From the NCBI GenBank assembly GCA_001179505.1, contig CDMY01000189.1, forward strand, positions 1 through 64,000: 64,000 nt of DNA, in the 5' to 3' direction. This DNA comes from Vitrella brassicaformis CCMP3155 (lineage: Eukaryota; Protista; Chromerida). How positions within the stretch are numbered: the first letter of the stretch is position 1; the number at the start of each line of letters is the position of its first letter. Made by a program: the position numbers and the translations under genes. Positions 36,263-48,100 of this stretch are shown here, in pieces. A model generated the notes under the pieces. The model saw only the letters and a list, made by a program, of their open reading frames with translations. It ran no database searches and was not told the origin of the DNA.

Positions 36263-37356
36263 CACCGGTCCGACAGGCAGGACAGGCAGACGGGCGTGTG
36301 TCTGCATACCTGAGGGTCGCGTGTGGGGATGGATGGACGGACGGATGGATGGATGGGTGGGTGCAATGAATCACACGGAGAGAGGGAGAGAAGAACATCC
36401 TGAATGCGGGGTGGATGACGATCGATGAATGTGTTGTCCCTTTCTATTTGTGTGTAGGCCCATTATACACACACAGACATCATGCAGTTATTGACGATTT
36501 CGACGATTGAAGGTCCATCCACGACCGTCCCTCCCTCCCTCAGTCCACTCACTCCACCCACGTGCACACACACGCGGACACCAAATACCTATGCAGAGAT
36601 GTAGATGGGTTGCCTGCCGGCCATACAGACAATGGCTCATCTGTCCCTTCCTCTCTTTGCACTCACTGCTCCCCTCAATCCCACACAAATAGCGTCCACT
36701 CACAGCTAGCCATGCAATGCAATGCATGAAAAACTCTCGGGAGTGTCTTCCTGGCTTTTCCTTCTGTGTCTCTCTCATCATCAAAGGAAAACTGCCTCTC
36801 TCTGATCTCTCGCATATGCGTCAAAACCGGTGTCTGTGTCTTTGTGTGTGCTCTGTACATGCAAGCAACAGTAAGGGGTGCAGCGCAGGAGGAAGGAAAG
36901 AAAAGAACACAACGCACAGATAGCTGGGTTCTCTCTACAACATGTTTCCGTGTCAACAGACTACGAGCCGGGCAGGAAAGGCCCCGCTCACTTCATTCAG
37001 GCAGGCAGAGGGAAAGGAAATCAAGCAGCGAATAGGGAGCAGGGAGAGAGCAAGCAAGCCACGGACATCACATGGACAAAAATCGATCAACAGACGGACG
37101 CACGGAAGCGATAGATAGACATGTAAGGGGCACAACAGTGTACAGTGTACATGCACGTCATCCATCTCCCTCTCAACCCCCCTCTCTCTTTGCGGCCGGG
37201 CTGCCCCTCTCACTCACGACCAACGAAAGAAACTCCAGAAGGGCAGGCAGACAGACAGACAGAAAAAGCGATAGACACGTTCTACCAAGTCTTATTTATG
37301 TATCACCCACCCCTAGCAGAGAGGAAAGCCATCCATTCTAAGTGTGTCGTCCGTCG

Positions 37357-39461
37357 TCACGCGTATGAGGTGAGCTGCCTGGTCTCTGCGAATGCGCCCC
37401 CTCCGTGGACATGATTGGTTGCTGGCGCCCTGCCCATCGCCTCCTCTATCAGCTCGCGATAGTCCTGCTTGATGTGCACACCCCTGCACACCACACCACA
37501 CCACACCACATACAAGACGCGACACGATTGATGCACACGAGAGCCGACACACCCACACCCACACCCAAGGTGCGTGGGTGGTTACCTGAGTGTGCCGACG
37601 TGCCTGCCGGAGCGGTATACGGCGACGGTGGGTGTGCCTAGGACGTCCTGCTCCTTGGCGAACTGGGTGTCCTCGTCGATGTCCACCTCGCAGAAGTGCA
37701 CGTCGGGGTAGTAATCGCCCACCACCGTCTGCAGGGCCGGCCGCAACACGCGGCACTGACCACACGTACGCGTGCAGTACTGCACTCACACAGACACACA
37801 CATGCGCAGAGCAGAGCAGAGAATATATAAGGTGAGAGGGCGATGCGGTGAGGGAAGGGTTAATGGTCGTTAGGACTGACCAGGACGACGACAGGTTTGG
37901 TTTCTTGTTGGAGCCGTTGCAGTGCGTATGCGCCCTTGTGCCGCGGCTTGGAGATGTCGAACGTGGCCTGCGTCTCGGACTCCATCGCGGGCTCCTCCTA
38001 CACACACACACACACACAGAGGTAGGTCCCGACTCCTCTCCTGTCTGTCTGTGTGGGTGTAGGAGGAGCCCGTCCGTCATTTGGTCAGTCAGCCACTGAC
38101 CACATATTCTTCGTCTCTACTGCGGTCCCCGTCGATGATGTCACACTTGAAGGGGACGAAGCGCGCCAGGCCGTTGGACGTCAGCCACCTCTCGGCACTG
38201 ATGGCCGCACGGCAGCCGCCACCAGCAGCTGTTTACCAAGCCACCACACATACACACCACTCAAACAGCCTTGTTTGTTTTTATGGCGGGCGTTGGATGG
38301 ACAGAGAGGGGGGAGGGGGAGGGGAGGATCGAGCTCACTGACGCACCGACCTGTGATAGCCTGTTTCCATTGTGAGTCGGACACGTCTCCCGCTGCGAAG
38401 AAGCCCTCGAGATACGTCTCCATCGTGCCGGGCTTCAGCATGATGTGACCACCCTAAACATGCATGCCACACACATACACATACACATCTCGGCTGGCTC
38501 TTTCTGTGTCCCCGTGTGCGTGTTTGTGTGTGTGTGTGACCTGGTCGAGCCGCACTGGCGAGCCCTCGAGCAGCTGTGTGTTCGGCCGGCCTCCCAGTGC
38601 GTAGAACAGCTGATGGATAGATGACATGACACAGCACACACATTCGATATGCGCCAGTGGACATGTGTCTGTCTGTGTGGCGGTGTAAGTCGAGTAGCGT
38701 AACGTACCCCCCTGATCTCAATTTTCCTCTCCTCCCCCGTGTTGGTGTCCTGGACGATGACGCCCTGCACCGGCGAGGCGTGGTCGGGCGACACGTCGTC
38801 GCCATACACATCCTTGACCTTCGTGTTGAAGTGAATCTGCCCACACACACACGCACACACCAGCCACACACGTGTTAGTGGTGCACCACAACCACTGCAC
38901 GTGCCCATCCAGCTCACTGACCTCGATATTCGGATTGCAGATGACTTTAGCGACCATCGCCCTTGACGCGCGGAAGTCCGATCCCCTGATAAACATGTGT
39001 ATCTTGTTGCCGTAGTTGGACAGGAACAGGGCGTCCTCACAAGCAGTGTCGCCGCCGCCGGCCACACCCAGATCGACATCACGAAACACGGGGGCCACAC
39101 CGTCACACCTGACGAGAGGGAGGGAGAGACGCCGGTTAAGCTGTGTGTGTATGTGTGTATGTGTGTGTGTGTGCATGGCTGACGGCTTGCTTACACAGCG
39201 CATGACGAGATGCCCCTGTTCCAGAAGCGGACTTCATTGGGCAGGCCTGATCGATCGATGGACGGCGAAAAGACAAGACCTTCGGTGTGTGTGTGCATCT
39301 TTCTGTAGGTGAGGAGGTTTGGTCGGGTACTCACGTAGTCGGTTGAATTTGGAGCCGGTGGCAAAGATGATGGCCTGGGTCAGCACGTGGCGCGAGTGGC
39401 TGCGGACACGAAACGGACGTTGGCTCAGATCCACCTCGACAACTGCACACAGCCACACACA

Positions 39462-39495
<34 letters not shown>

Positions 39496-40531
39496 TGAAT
39501 GTCCATTCTCGCGTGTCTGTCCGTCTGTCTGACGGACATACCATCTTCTGGGACCATTTCAGCGCCCCATCGCTGCGCCTGCATGCGCATGTTGCGCACG
39601 AGGTCGGGCCCCAGGATGCCGTCAGGGAAGCCAGGGAAGTTTTCTACCAACGTCGTCATCAGCAGCGCACCGCCGGGTGGACCAGCCTCCATCCCCTGAC
39701 CGATGAACAAACAGCACAATCACACATGACATGACACAGACAGCCACGTGCTGTGTGCGCGAATGTGTGTGTTGTTTGCTTGCCTCGAATACGAGCGGTT
39801 TGAGGTTCGCGCGTCCGTTGAAGAGGGCTGCCGTGTAGCCCGCCGGGCCTGAGCCGATGATGACCACATTCTGCACGTCATCCTCAACCTAGACACACAC
39901 ACACCAGCAGACAGACGGACAGAATGCGCAGACGTCCAGGCAGGCAGGCAGGCAGGCACCTACACACCCATGGCCTCACTCACCAGTTGGTTAATAGGTC
40001 GTGTTATAGATGTGTCCTCGTCGGGCGGCCGCTGCCGCAGCCGCTTCAGCCGAGCATTGAAACTGTCTAACGTCTCGATAGACGACAGCAGAGGACCCCT
40101 GGATGCTGCTGCTGCGGCGGCGTGGTTGTTGGCCGCCTGGTGGCTGTTGGCAATCTGGTTGATGTTGGCCCCCCTGCCGCTGCCCATGGCGCGCAGCCGG
40201 GCGTTGAAAGACTCCTGGGTCTCCACCATCGTGACAGGCAGGGGAACATATGCCCGCTTCCGCAACGAGAGCCGGCCGAGGGCTGGTAAGCTCTGAAGAT
40301 GAAGTGCAAGCGCACACAGACAGACAGACAGACAGACAGACAGATCAGGACACATGACGCAATGTGCGTGCATGTGAAGCTGACCTGGATGAAGCCAAAA
40401 GGTGACTTCCGCCGCTCACAGGCTCCCAGATCTGTCCACCAGCCGGCCGCCCAAGAGACCAGCAGCATCACAGCCGTCCCCCTCAGGTGCCAGCCAGCAG
40501 CCCTCCGCCTCTCATGTGACTGTGACGGCAT
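37357..40531 (-). CDS. NTRC: NADPH-dependent thioredoxin reductase fused to a C-terminal thioredoxin (NTRC-type), probably plastid-targeted
   Basis: [40 protein letters not shown]|[23 protein letters not shown]. Then the linker [18 protein letters not shown] and a Trx domain [14 protein letters not shown]...EVDIDED...GTPTV. The N-terminus has a hydrophobic stretch followed by ERRKSPFGF. Confidence 0.9.
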
Positions 40532-40860
40532 CTTCGCCCTTTGCTCGGTGGCCTGGCGTGATGATGTGCACGACGAGGCAGCCGAAGCATGGGAGGCCTC
40601 GTCTGCTGGCGGGCCGAATGACCGCATAATGAAAAATGAGTCAATCACACGGAGTGCATCGATCGCTGGCTGCAGTGACTGCCATGGAGGGCAACTGTAT
40701 TCCGGAAAGAAAGAACTGGAAGCTAAGCTCGCACCTGCCGTCCTCGAGCTCGCACCGAAATGGCTGGCAGATTTGGAAGAGAAGACGCACGTATCGTGCT
40801 TGTGAACCCTATTGCATAGAGCTGGGCCATTGATATATCCCAGATCATCGTCTGCTCGTG

Positions 40861-42474
40861 ATGACGGAGTCAAGCCCTTGGATGCAGGGCGATGCTGGGC
40901 GAGGCAGGAGGCATTTCGGGCCGTCCCGGCGCAGATGTGACCAGGCGGCTGCTGCTCTATCGCCAGGCGGACGAAAGCGGCGCTTTTTTGCCGCTTCGAT
41001 TGCTCTTGCGATGAACTTCCTCGCACAATGCTCAAGATCTCTCGGCGGCCGCAGTGGATGCAGCAGCAGCGGTCTATCACTGGGCAGACGGGCTGATGCG
41101 TATGCATCTGAGAGGCGGCGGGCATTCATCCCATTAGCAAATCATCGCCATCATCACTCACGGCTGTTTCGGCGGATGGTCAGGCGGCACGCAGCAACAC
41201 GCGATGAAGCAGAAGCAGATGCGGACTCATCCCCGCTGCCCCCCTCCTCCCCCTCCCCCCCGCCCGCCCTGTTTCGAGTGCCGGCCTTCTCACCCTCGGC
41301 CGACCAGTCATCCTTCAGCATCCCCGAGGGCAACTGGACGGATGAGGCCGCATATGTATGGGAGCTGACGCCCGACGAGGTGAGGATTCTCTATGACCCA
41401 GAGCTCACCGACAGAGAGCTGCCCGCGCCCGACGTGTGTCCGCTGCCTGCCCCTGGTGGCTCTTCTGGGCCTCGGCTGATATTGGTGCGTCATGGGAGGT
41501 CGGAGTGGAACGTCGAGGACCGTATGCAGGGATGGGTGGACAGCCCTCTGAAGCGGCCGGAGGGGTATGAAGACTCGTTCTACCAGGCCGAGGAGCTCGC
41601 CGCCCTCACCCCACCCCTGCAGCACAACCGCACCGTCATATGGACCAGCCCCCTACACCGCTCATACGTCTCGGCACAGATCATCCGCGACTTGCTCGTC
41701 GACAGGGGACAGCTCGACCCCTCTGTCGACGTGCAGATGGACTGGCGGTTGAAGGAGAGGCACTACGGCGCACTAACGGGCGTTCAGCGGCAAGAGGCCA
41801 TTCAGTTCTTTGGGCGAGACCGCATACTGAGGTGGCGGCGGAACGCCAAGCTGCGGCCGCCACAGGGCGGGCCGCCCTGCACCACTTGGGTGAGTGAGCT
41901 GATCCACACACAGATGGCCATTTGTTCAGGATTGGTGGATGAATGGCTGCAGGGAGGTGAGTCGTTGGTGGACGTGCAGCGTCGGCTGTGGACTTTCTTC
42001 CAGACCAAGATCCGCGCGAGCATCATTGAGGGCAACGACGTCGTCATCGTCACACACGGCAACACCATCCGGGCCATACTGCCGTGGGTGGTGCCAGGTG
42101 TGTCGTTGGATGACTTGGAGACCATCCCCATGGCCAAGCAGGACGAGCCGCCCCTCGTCTCCTTCCCATGCACCGGCGAGTTCTTCCAGCAGTCCTTCAT
42201 CGCCGCAGCCATACACAGCACCCACACAAACACCTCCAGCCACAGCCACAGCGCCCATTGCAGCCCCCCAGCCCTGACCACCATCAGCACCAGCTACGGC
42301 GACACACTCAAGCAGCAGATCGTCGACCTGGCCATGAAGTTCGACGATCAGCAGAAAGCGGCTGTGTTGGTCACTGGCAGTGACGGTGAACGAGGAGGGG
42401 CGGGGAGGGATGCGGCTAGGTTCGAGGGCGTCGCTGCGCTGCGCAAGGGAGTCGACACGGGCAATGACGTCTGA
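40861..42474 (+). CDS. Histidine phosphatase superfamily, cofactor-dependent phosphoglycerate-mutase-like protein with a long N-terminal extension
   Basis: LVRHGRSEWN, QGWVDSPL, TSPLHRS, WRLKERHYGALTG, GESLVDVQRR, IVTHGNTIR. There is a likely in-frame intron at about 41890-41952. The exact start codon is uncertain. Confidence 0.85.
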   Translation: MTESSPWMQGDAGRGRRHFGPSRRRCDQAAAALSPGGRKRRFFAASIALAMNFLAQCSRSLGGRSGCSSSGLSLGRRADAYASERRRAFIPLANHRHHHSRLFRRMVRRHAATRDEAEADADSSPLPPSSPSPPPALFRVPAFSPSADQSSFSIPEGNWTDEAAYVWELTPDEVRILYDPELTDRELPAPDVCPLPAPGGSSGPRLILVRHGRSEWNVEDRMQGWVDSPLKRPEGYEDSFYQAEELAALTPPLQHNRTVIWTSPLHRSYVSAQIIRDLLVDRGQLDPSVDVQMDWRLKERHYGALTGVQRQEAIQFFGRDRILRWRRNAKLRPPQGGPPCTTWVSELIHTQMAICSGLVDEWLQGGESLVDVQRRLWTFFQTKIRASIIEGNDVVIVTHGNTIRAILPWVVPGVSLDDLETIPMAKQDEPPLVSFPCTGEFFQQSFIAAAIHSTHTNTSSHSHSAHCSPPALTTISTSYGDTLKQQIVDLAMKFDDQQKAAVLVTGSDGERGGAGRDAARFEGVAALRKGVDTGNDV

Positions 42475-42630
42475 CGCCTGCACGTCACGTTGGGGGCTGC
42501 GAGTGTTCTGTCTGGTGAGAGGGATGAGTGTGTAATGGAGTGTTGCTGCTCTGCTTGCTCATCGGCTGACTCCCTGCTAGCGAGAGAGATAGAGAGAGAG
42601 GGAGGGAGGGGGGGGGGGGGGGGGGGGGGG

Positions 42631-42930
42631 NNNNNNNNNNNNNNNNNNNNNNNNNNNNNNNNNNNNNNNNNNNNNNNNNNNNNNNNNNNNNNNNNNNNNN
42701 NNNNNNNNNNNNNNNNNNNNNNNNNNNNNNNNNNNNNNNNNNNNNNNNNNNNNNNNNNNNNNNNNNNNNNNNNNNNNNNNNNNNNNNNNNNNNNNNNNNN
42801 NNNNNNNNNNNNNNNNNNNNNNNNNNNNNNNNNNNNNNNNNNNNNNNNNNNNNNNNNNNNNNNNNNNNNNNNNNNNNNNNNNNNNNNNNNNNNNNNNNNN
42901 NNNNNNNNNNNNNNNNNNNNNNNNNNNNNN
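42631..42930. other. Assembly gap (300 N)
   Basis: Run of N preceded by poly-G. Confidence 1.
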
Positions 42931-43342
42931 GAGAGGATTTTTGGGCCTTGCGTGGTGTACATAGCGGATGACTGGTTGCCTTGGTCCTCTGATGTGAGAC
43001 TTCCATGTCGACTCACCAGTCATCAGAGGCATCATTTAACTCTTGTCATCAATGTTTCATCCAGGGGCACAAAAAGAAATATGTCTTCCCCTTCCTCTCC
43101 CTGTCACTCACTCACTCCTCACTCATCCATCCATCCACACACACCTCTCCCTGTCCTGCCTGTCTTCCCCACACATGCATCCATCCATCCATGTCTCTCT
43201 GTCCTGCCTCAAACGCAAACTCAGCCTGTCTCGCTACAGACAGACAGACAGACGGCCTATCTGGGTGGCTGCCGCTGCCGCTGCCGCTGCTGCTGGTGCT
43301 GGTGCTGGTGGTGGTGCTGGCACATCACGAAGTCGAAGATGG

Positions 43343-44628
43343 TCACCTGAGAAAAGAATGACATACACAGGGATGTGTGTGTGTGCGTCGATGTGTGCTG
43401 ATTGATGTGTGGTGCGCATACGTGTTGTGGCCTGGCTTGGTGTTCCGTTCTTCGAGAATGGCCTCGGAGAAACTGCTGGCCTCGCGATTCGACTTCACCA
43501 TCTGCAACAATGTGGTAAGCAAAATTAGATGCGTCCTTGTCTATGTGTGTGTTGCTGCATGGTGTGAGCGGACCATGATGTGAAAGTCTTCGTGTGGCGA
43601 CCGGGTCAGACGCTCCAGACTCTTCGTCAGGCAGCGCTGCTCCTGCCAGCAGCAAGCCATGCACACACACGGATGGATGGATGGAGAGAGAGAGAGAGAG
43701 AGATGTCAGCACGTGTGTGTGTGTGTGTGTCTCACGAGAGTGAGTGTGTGCTCTGTTGGCTTCTCGATGAGCTTCACCTTGACCAACGCCGCGCCCGGCA
43801 ACACACTGCAGAAGCAACAACAACAACAACACACACAAATACACAAGGGAGAAGGCAAGTGTGTCTTTTCTTCTGTGTACCTCCTGTTGGCCTCGAGGGC
43901 CGCCATGTCCGCTGTCGAGTCGCCGATGGTCATGACGCGGCCGAAATGAATGCCCCTTCCTCTATACACCGCCAACAGATCCGCCAGACACGATACCTGC
44001 ACAGAACACACACACACACGATGGCGCCCTCCCTCCCTCCCTCCCTGCAAACGTCCTTTGTCTGTCTGTCTGTCTGTCTGTGTTTGCCTTCCATCGGGTC
44101 GACGACGTCTTGCCCCGGCCGTTGATGTGGGCGTGCTCGCGGGCTGAGATGACGGGAATGCTCTGCTGCTGCAGCACACGGCGGACCTCCTCATATCCAC
44201 CAGTCTGCAACGCCTCACGCAATCTGACGAACAAAGTCAAAGGCAAGGAGTGGCATATGGCTCCGTGTGTGAGAGTGTCTGGTTGTGTTACCATCTGGGC
44301 GACCCGTTCGACACGATGATGACCTGGCTGAGCTTCGCTGCCGTCCGCAGCAGGTCGGCCACCCACTTGCCGCCCTTGAGCGACTGCTGCTGCTGCTGCT
44401 GCTTGCAGCCTCTCACTACAGTTGTGGGAACTGACAAACAAACAAAGGAAGAGACATTCAAAGCAATCCATGAGTGAGTGTGTCTCTCGTGTATTGCTCA
44501 CATAGGGTATCGTCGAAATCCAGTACGATGAGTGTGCCGTCAGCTGGATCATGTGCTGTCTCGCTGGCGGGCCGCGGGATGTCGACACGCTTATCATGTG
44601 GGTCGGGCTCAGGCTCGGGCAGCGCCAT
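43343..44628 (-). CDS. HAD-like paralogue of the 34228-36262 gene, inverted, lacking the coiled coil and RING
   Basis: LIVLDFDDTL, IIVSNGSP, ISAREHAHINGRGKTSSTRWK, VMTIGDSTADMAALEAN, VKVKLIEKP. Introns are near-identical to copy 1. After the ...PGHN(T) exon the phase-2 junction reads AC|G TGA, a stop. Confidence 0.75.
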
Positions 44629-45114
44629 TAGGACGCTTGGGAGGGGCGGAGGCGAGCCAGGCCGACTACGAGGGAGAGAGGCAGGCACACTACTGCATGA
44701 CCGACCGACAGACAGACAGACAGGCACACTCACTGAGCCGACTCAAGGAGAAAGAAGCAAAGACTGATCGATCGATCAATCGACTTAAGTGATTTGTATG
44801 ATTCAAACGTTTCATTCATTCGTTCCATTCGCTCACGTGTACACAATACATATATACTGCAGCTGATCGAGTCGATCGATCGCAACCAGCGTTAGACAGA
44901 CAGACAGACAGACAGACAACATGAGCCGCGAATTCGAGAGCTAGGCAACTGTCTAAAAAAAGCGCCATGCTTGACACTGTCAGTCACGCTGCATCCATAC
45001 ATACATACATACATCGATGGAAGACAAACAGTCATCCAACGAACGCTGACTGAGTGAATCGTCTCGCCAGCTGGGGCCAACCCATGCAGGATAAAAAAGA
45101 CGACCACACGTATG

Positions 45115-48100
45115 TCACACCTGCAGCCGTTTCACCTGCAATGGTAACCAGACAGACAGACAGACAGACAACAAGACGGGGAGGGGCATTCATGCAGGCA
45201 AGTGCCTCTGTGGCTGCCCACCCACCTGTGAGGCGTGCATCTGCTGCGGACATATCGGGCACTTGAACTTGGCCCGGGCCGTGCGGCTGATGCGGTCCAA
45301 ACACGCCCTGCGCACACACAGTGAGACAGCACAAACAACACACATCGCGCACGCATTGCATGTTGTGTGTTGGCTCGTCTGCCTTCGGCCCGAACGTACT
45401 TGGAGATGCAGTGTCCGCAGGTGAGTAGCACAGGTGGGTTGGCGCTTGAGGTCTGGGTGCGTGTGACGGGGCAGGTGAAGTGCGAGTGGAAGTGGAATGG
45501 GCGGCCGAGGTCGAGCTCGATAGGGATCTGGTGTGAGGTGAGCCACTCCTGCCCCCTGTCGCCCGCCACTCCGTTGCTCATCAGGTCCTGGAATTGCATC
45601 AGACGGGGAAGCGCCACCATACCCGCACACACCGCAACCGACAGAGGGCTGAAACCAGCCAACGAGCCAACCAAACAGAGAATCGTGTGTGCATGTGTTC
45701 CTTTGTCGCTTCTCAGCCCTCACCTCTGCTGCGGGAGTGCGATCCGTTCGGTTTCCTCCTCCTCTTCCATGTCATCGTTATTATCGCCCCGCTCCACCCC
45801 GCCATCCCTCGCCCCCTGCCCCTCCCCGTGGCGACCCGCCTCTGGCCGTGGCGAGAGGTCCTCATCTACGTTGAGGTCCGACCCCTCCTCGGCCTCGACC
45901 ATGTTGTCCTCCCCTCCCTCGACCTCCTCCTCTATCTCATCAATCTCATCCTCGAGCTCCTCCTCCTCTTGGTTGATCATGTCCAGCTCGTCGCCCTCCT
46001 CGTGCTGATCGTCATCGTCCTGCTGGTTGCCCGTGTCGGGGTCGTCATCCGGCTCGTCATCGGGGTCGCCCCCTCCCCCTGGCGCGCCCGGAGCGGTGCC
46101 AACCATCCGTCGCCAGAAGTCGCTGGGCAGAGGGAGGGGCAAGCGAGCCGCCGCAGACCTGACGCGAACGAACAGACAGACGACAGAGCTCTCTCGCATT
46201 GTCTGGTGTTTTGCATGCAGATATGGATGGGTATCTACGTCACTTACCCTTCTCGGCTGCCGCCCTGTCTTCTGTCCTCGGGAGCCATCGGGCTGTCGTC
46301 TCCTTGCGCGGCCGTGTCTGGCGGGGGGTTGCCTGTGGCTGGGTGTGGAGGGGGCAGGTCGAGCATATCCAATAGTGGGTCCCGCGCCAGCGGGGGGATC
46401 GGTTGCGCAGAGGGCGGTACACTCAACGGCGGCCCGCGACGAGGCTGACAAAGGAGAAACCAGTCAATCGGTGAGGAGGTTGCCATCCATTCGTCACCCA
46501 CCCAGTCACCGACCCACCTGATTGTTGTCATCGTCGTTGTCACCGGCTGACTGCTCTCGCCCCGCGGCAGCAGCAGCAGCAGCCCCTCCATCGGCAACAA
46601 ATTCCATGGGCGCCGCACCAGCCTCCTCGCCGCTCCCCTCGCCCTCTCCCTCCTCGGGCAGGGGCACCAGGCGCCCAGACGAAGACGACACGACACGCAC
46701 ACCCACAGGTGCTGCTGCTGCTGCCGCACTTGACGACGATGCCCTGACGGACGGACACGTGACACAAAGGGGAGGTGCGTTTGTCCGATGGTGGGGTTTG
46801 GTGTTTCCTTACTCGCCGCTCTGTCCCGTCCTTGGCCTCCAGATGGCGGCAAGAGGCGGTGCCCGCCTGGCCACCTCCAAATATGACGGTCTGGGCGGTG
46901 GCGACTCCTCCTCAGTGCCGCCCACCCTGCCCCCGCCCAGGCTGGCACTTATCTCATAGACGAGTGCCCGCAGCTCCTCAGGGCTGAACTGAGACGTCAG
47001 CCCCTCCCGCAAAACCGCACTGGGGAGGGACTCCAGCCAACGCCGACGCCTGCCCTCACGCGACCGGCCGTTGTCCTGGCTCTCCCTCTCCCTCTGCTGT
47101 GGCTGATGCTGCTGCTGATGCTGCTGCTGCTGCTGCTGGCCGTCCGATGACGATGCTGCTGGGCCAGCACCGCCCCCGGCCAGCGCCTCTAGGTCAATCA
47201 GCTCCTCGAGGGCCTCTTCGAGTGCGTCCACCAGCTGGTCGATCCGCTCGGACGGCTCTGGCGATGGGGGGCCTTCTTGTCTTTCTCCGGGGTGTGTGGG
47301 CGGGCTGGGGGATGGAGAGGGCGATGGCCTGTCGGGGATGTTGTTGTCGCTGTATGAGGGCGTGGTGGCCGCCTCAAGCGCCTCTATCACTCGCTGTAGA
47401 GAGCGAGAGCGACCCGGATCTGACAGGCAACACAGTGCGCCGCATGTATGATGCCTCGGGCGCAGGTGTCTTGTGTGTTTACTCTGCAGGCCTTCGCGGA
47501 GAAGCCTCGCCAAGTTAGGCCCTCCTGTGGCGCCCGACGACTCCCCCTCTCTCTCCCCGTCGCCCTCCCCACTGCCCCCAAGCAGTCGCCTGAGCATCAG
47601 CAGCATCCGCAGCCTGTCATCCACAGACCTCCTGGTTCCAGCAACGAGCATCGCCATCGCCCGACCGCCCTCCGTCTCGGTCGCTGCCGGGACGGGCGGG
47701 GCGGCGCTGGCCGATGCAGATGAGGATCTGGCGGAAGCGTGTGTGTTGCCGCGCTGGGCGGCTGCCGCACTGCACGACGGTGGGGGGTTGGCCGGTGCTG
47801 CCTGAGATGGCGAGGGGAGGCTGGCAGACGGTTGTGCGGGAGGCACAGCGGCGGGCTGTGTTGACTCCGCAGCTGCGGTGCCACTAGCACCTCCACCCGG
47901 ACCTCCCTCGGACCTCGATGCCCCTGCTGCGGCCATGACAGGCCCTGCAGAGGTCACTCCCAGCACCTCCATCGTGCTGGCGCCCATCTGCCCGCCCTCA
48001 GTGGAGCTGCGCGAGCCCTCGCCAGCCGGAGAGGCCGTGTCGGTGGCCACTGCCGCGGCCGACGCAGATTCAGACCCGACACGGCTGGGGGCCGTGGTGG

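Noticed and set aside
40067-41125. 352-aa minus-strand ORF as an independent gene
   Set aside because: Its 3' part is the NTRC first exon plus intron read-through, and its 5' part is antisense to the PGM-like leader.
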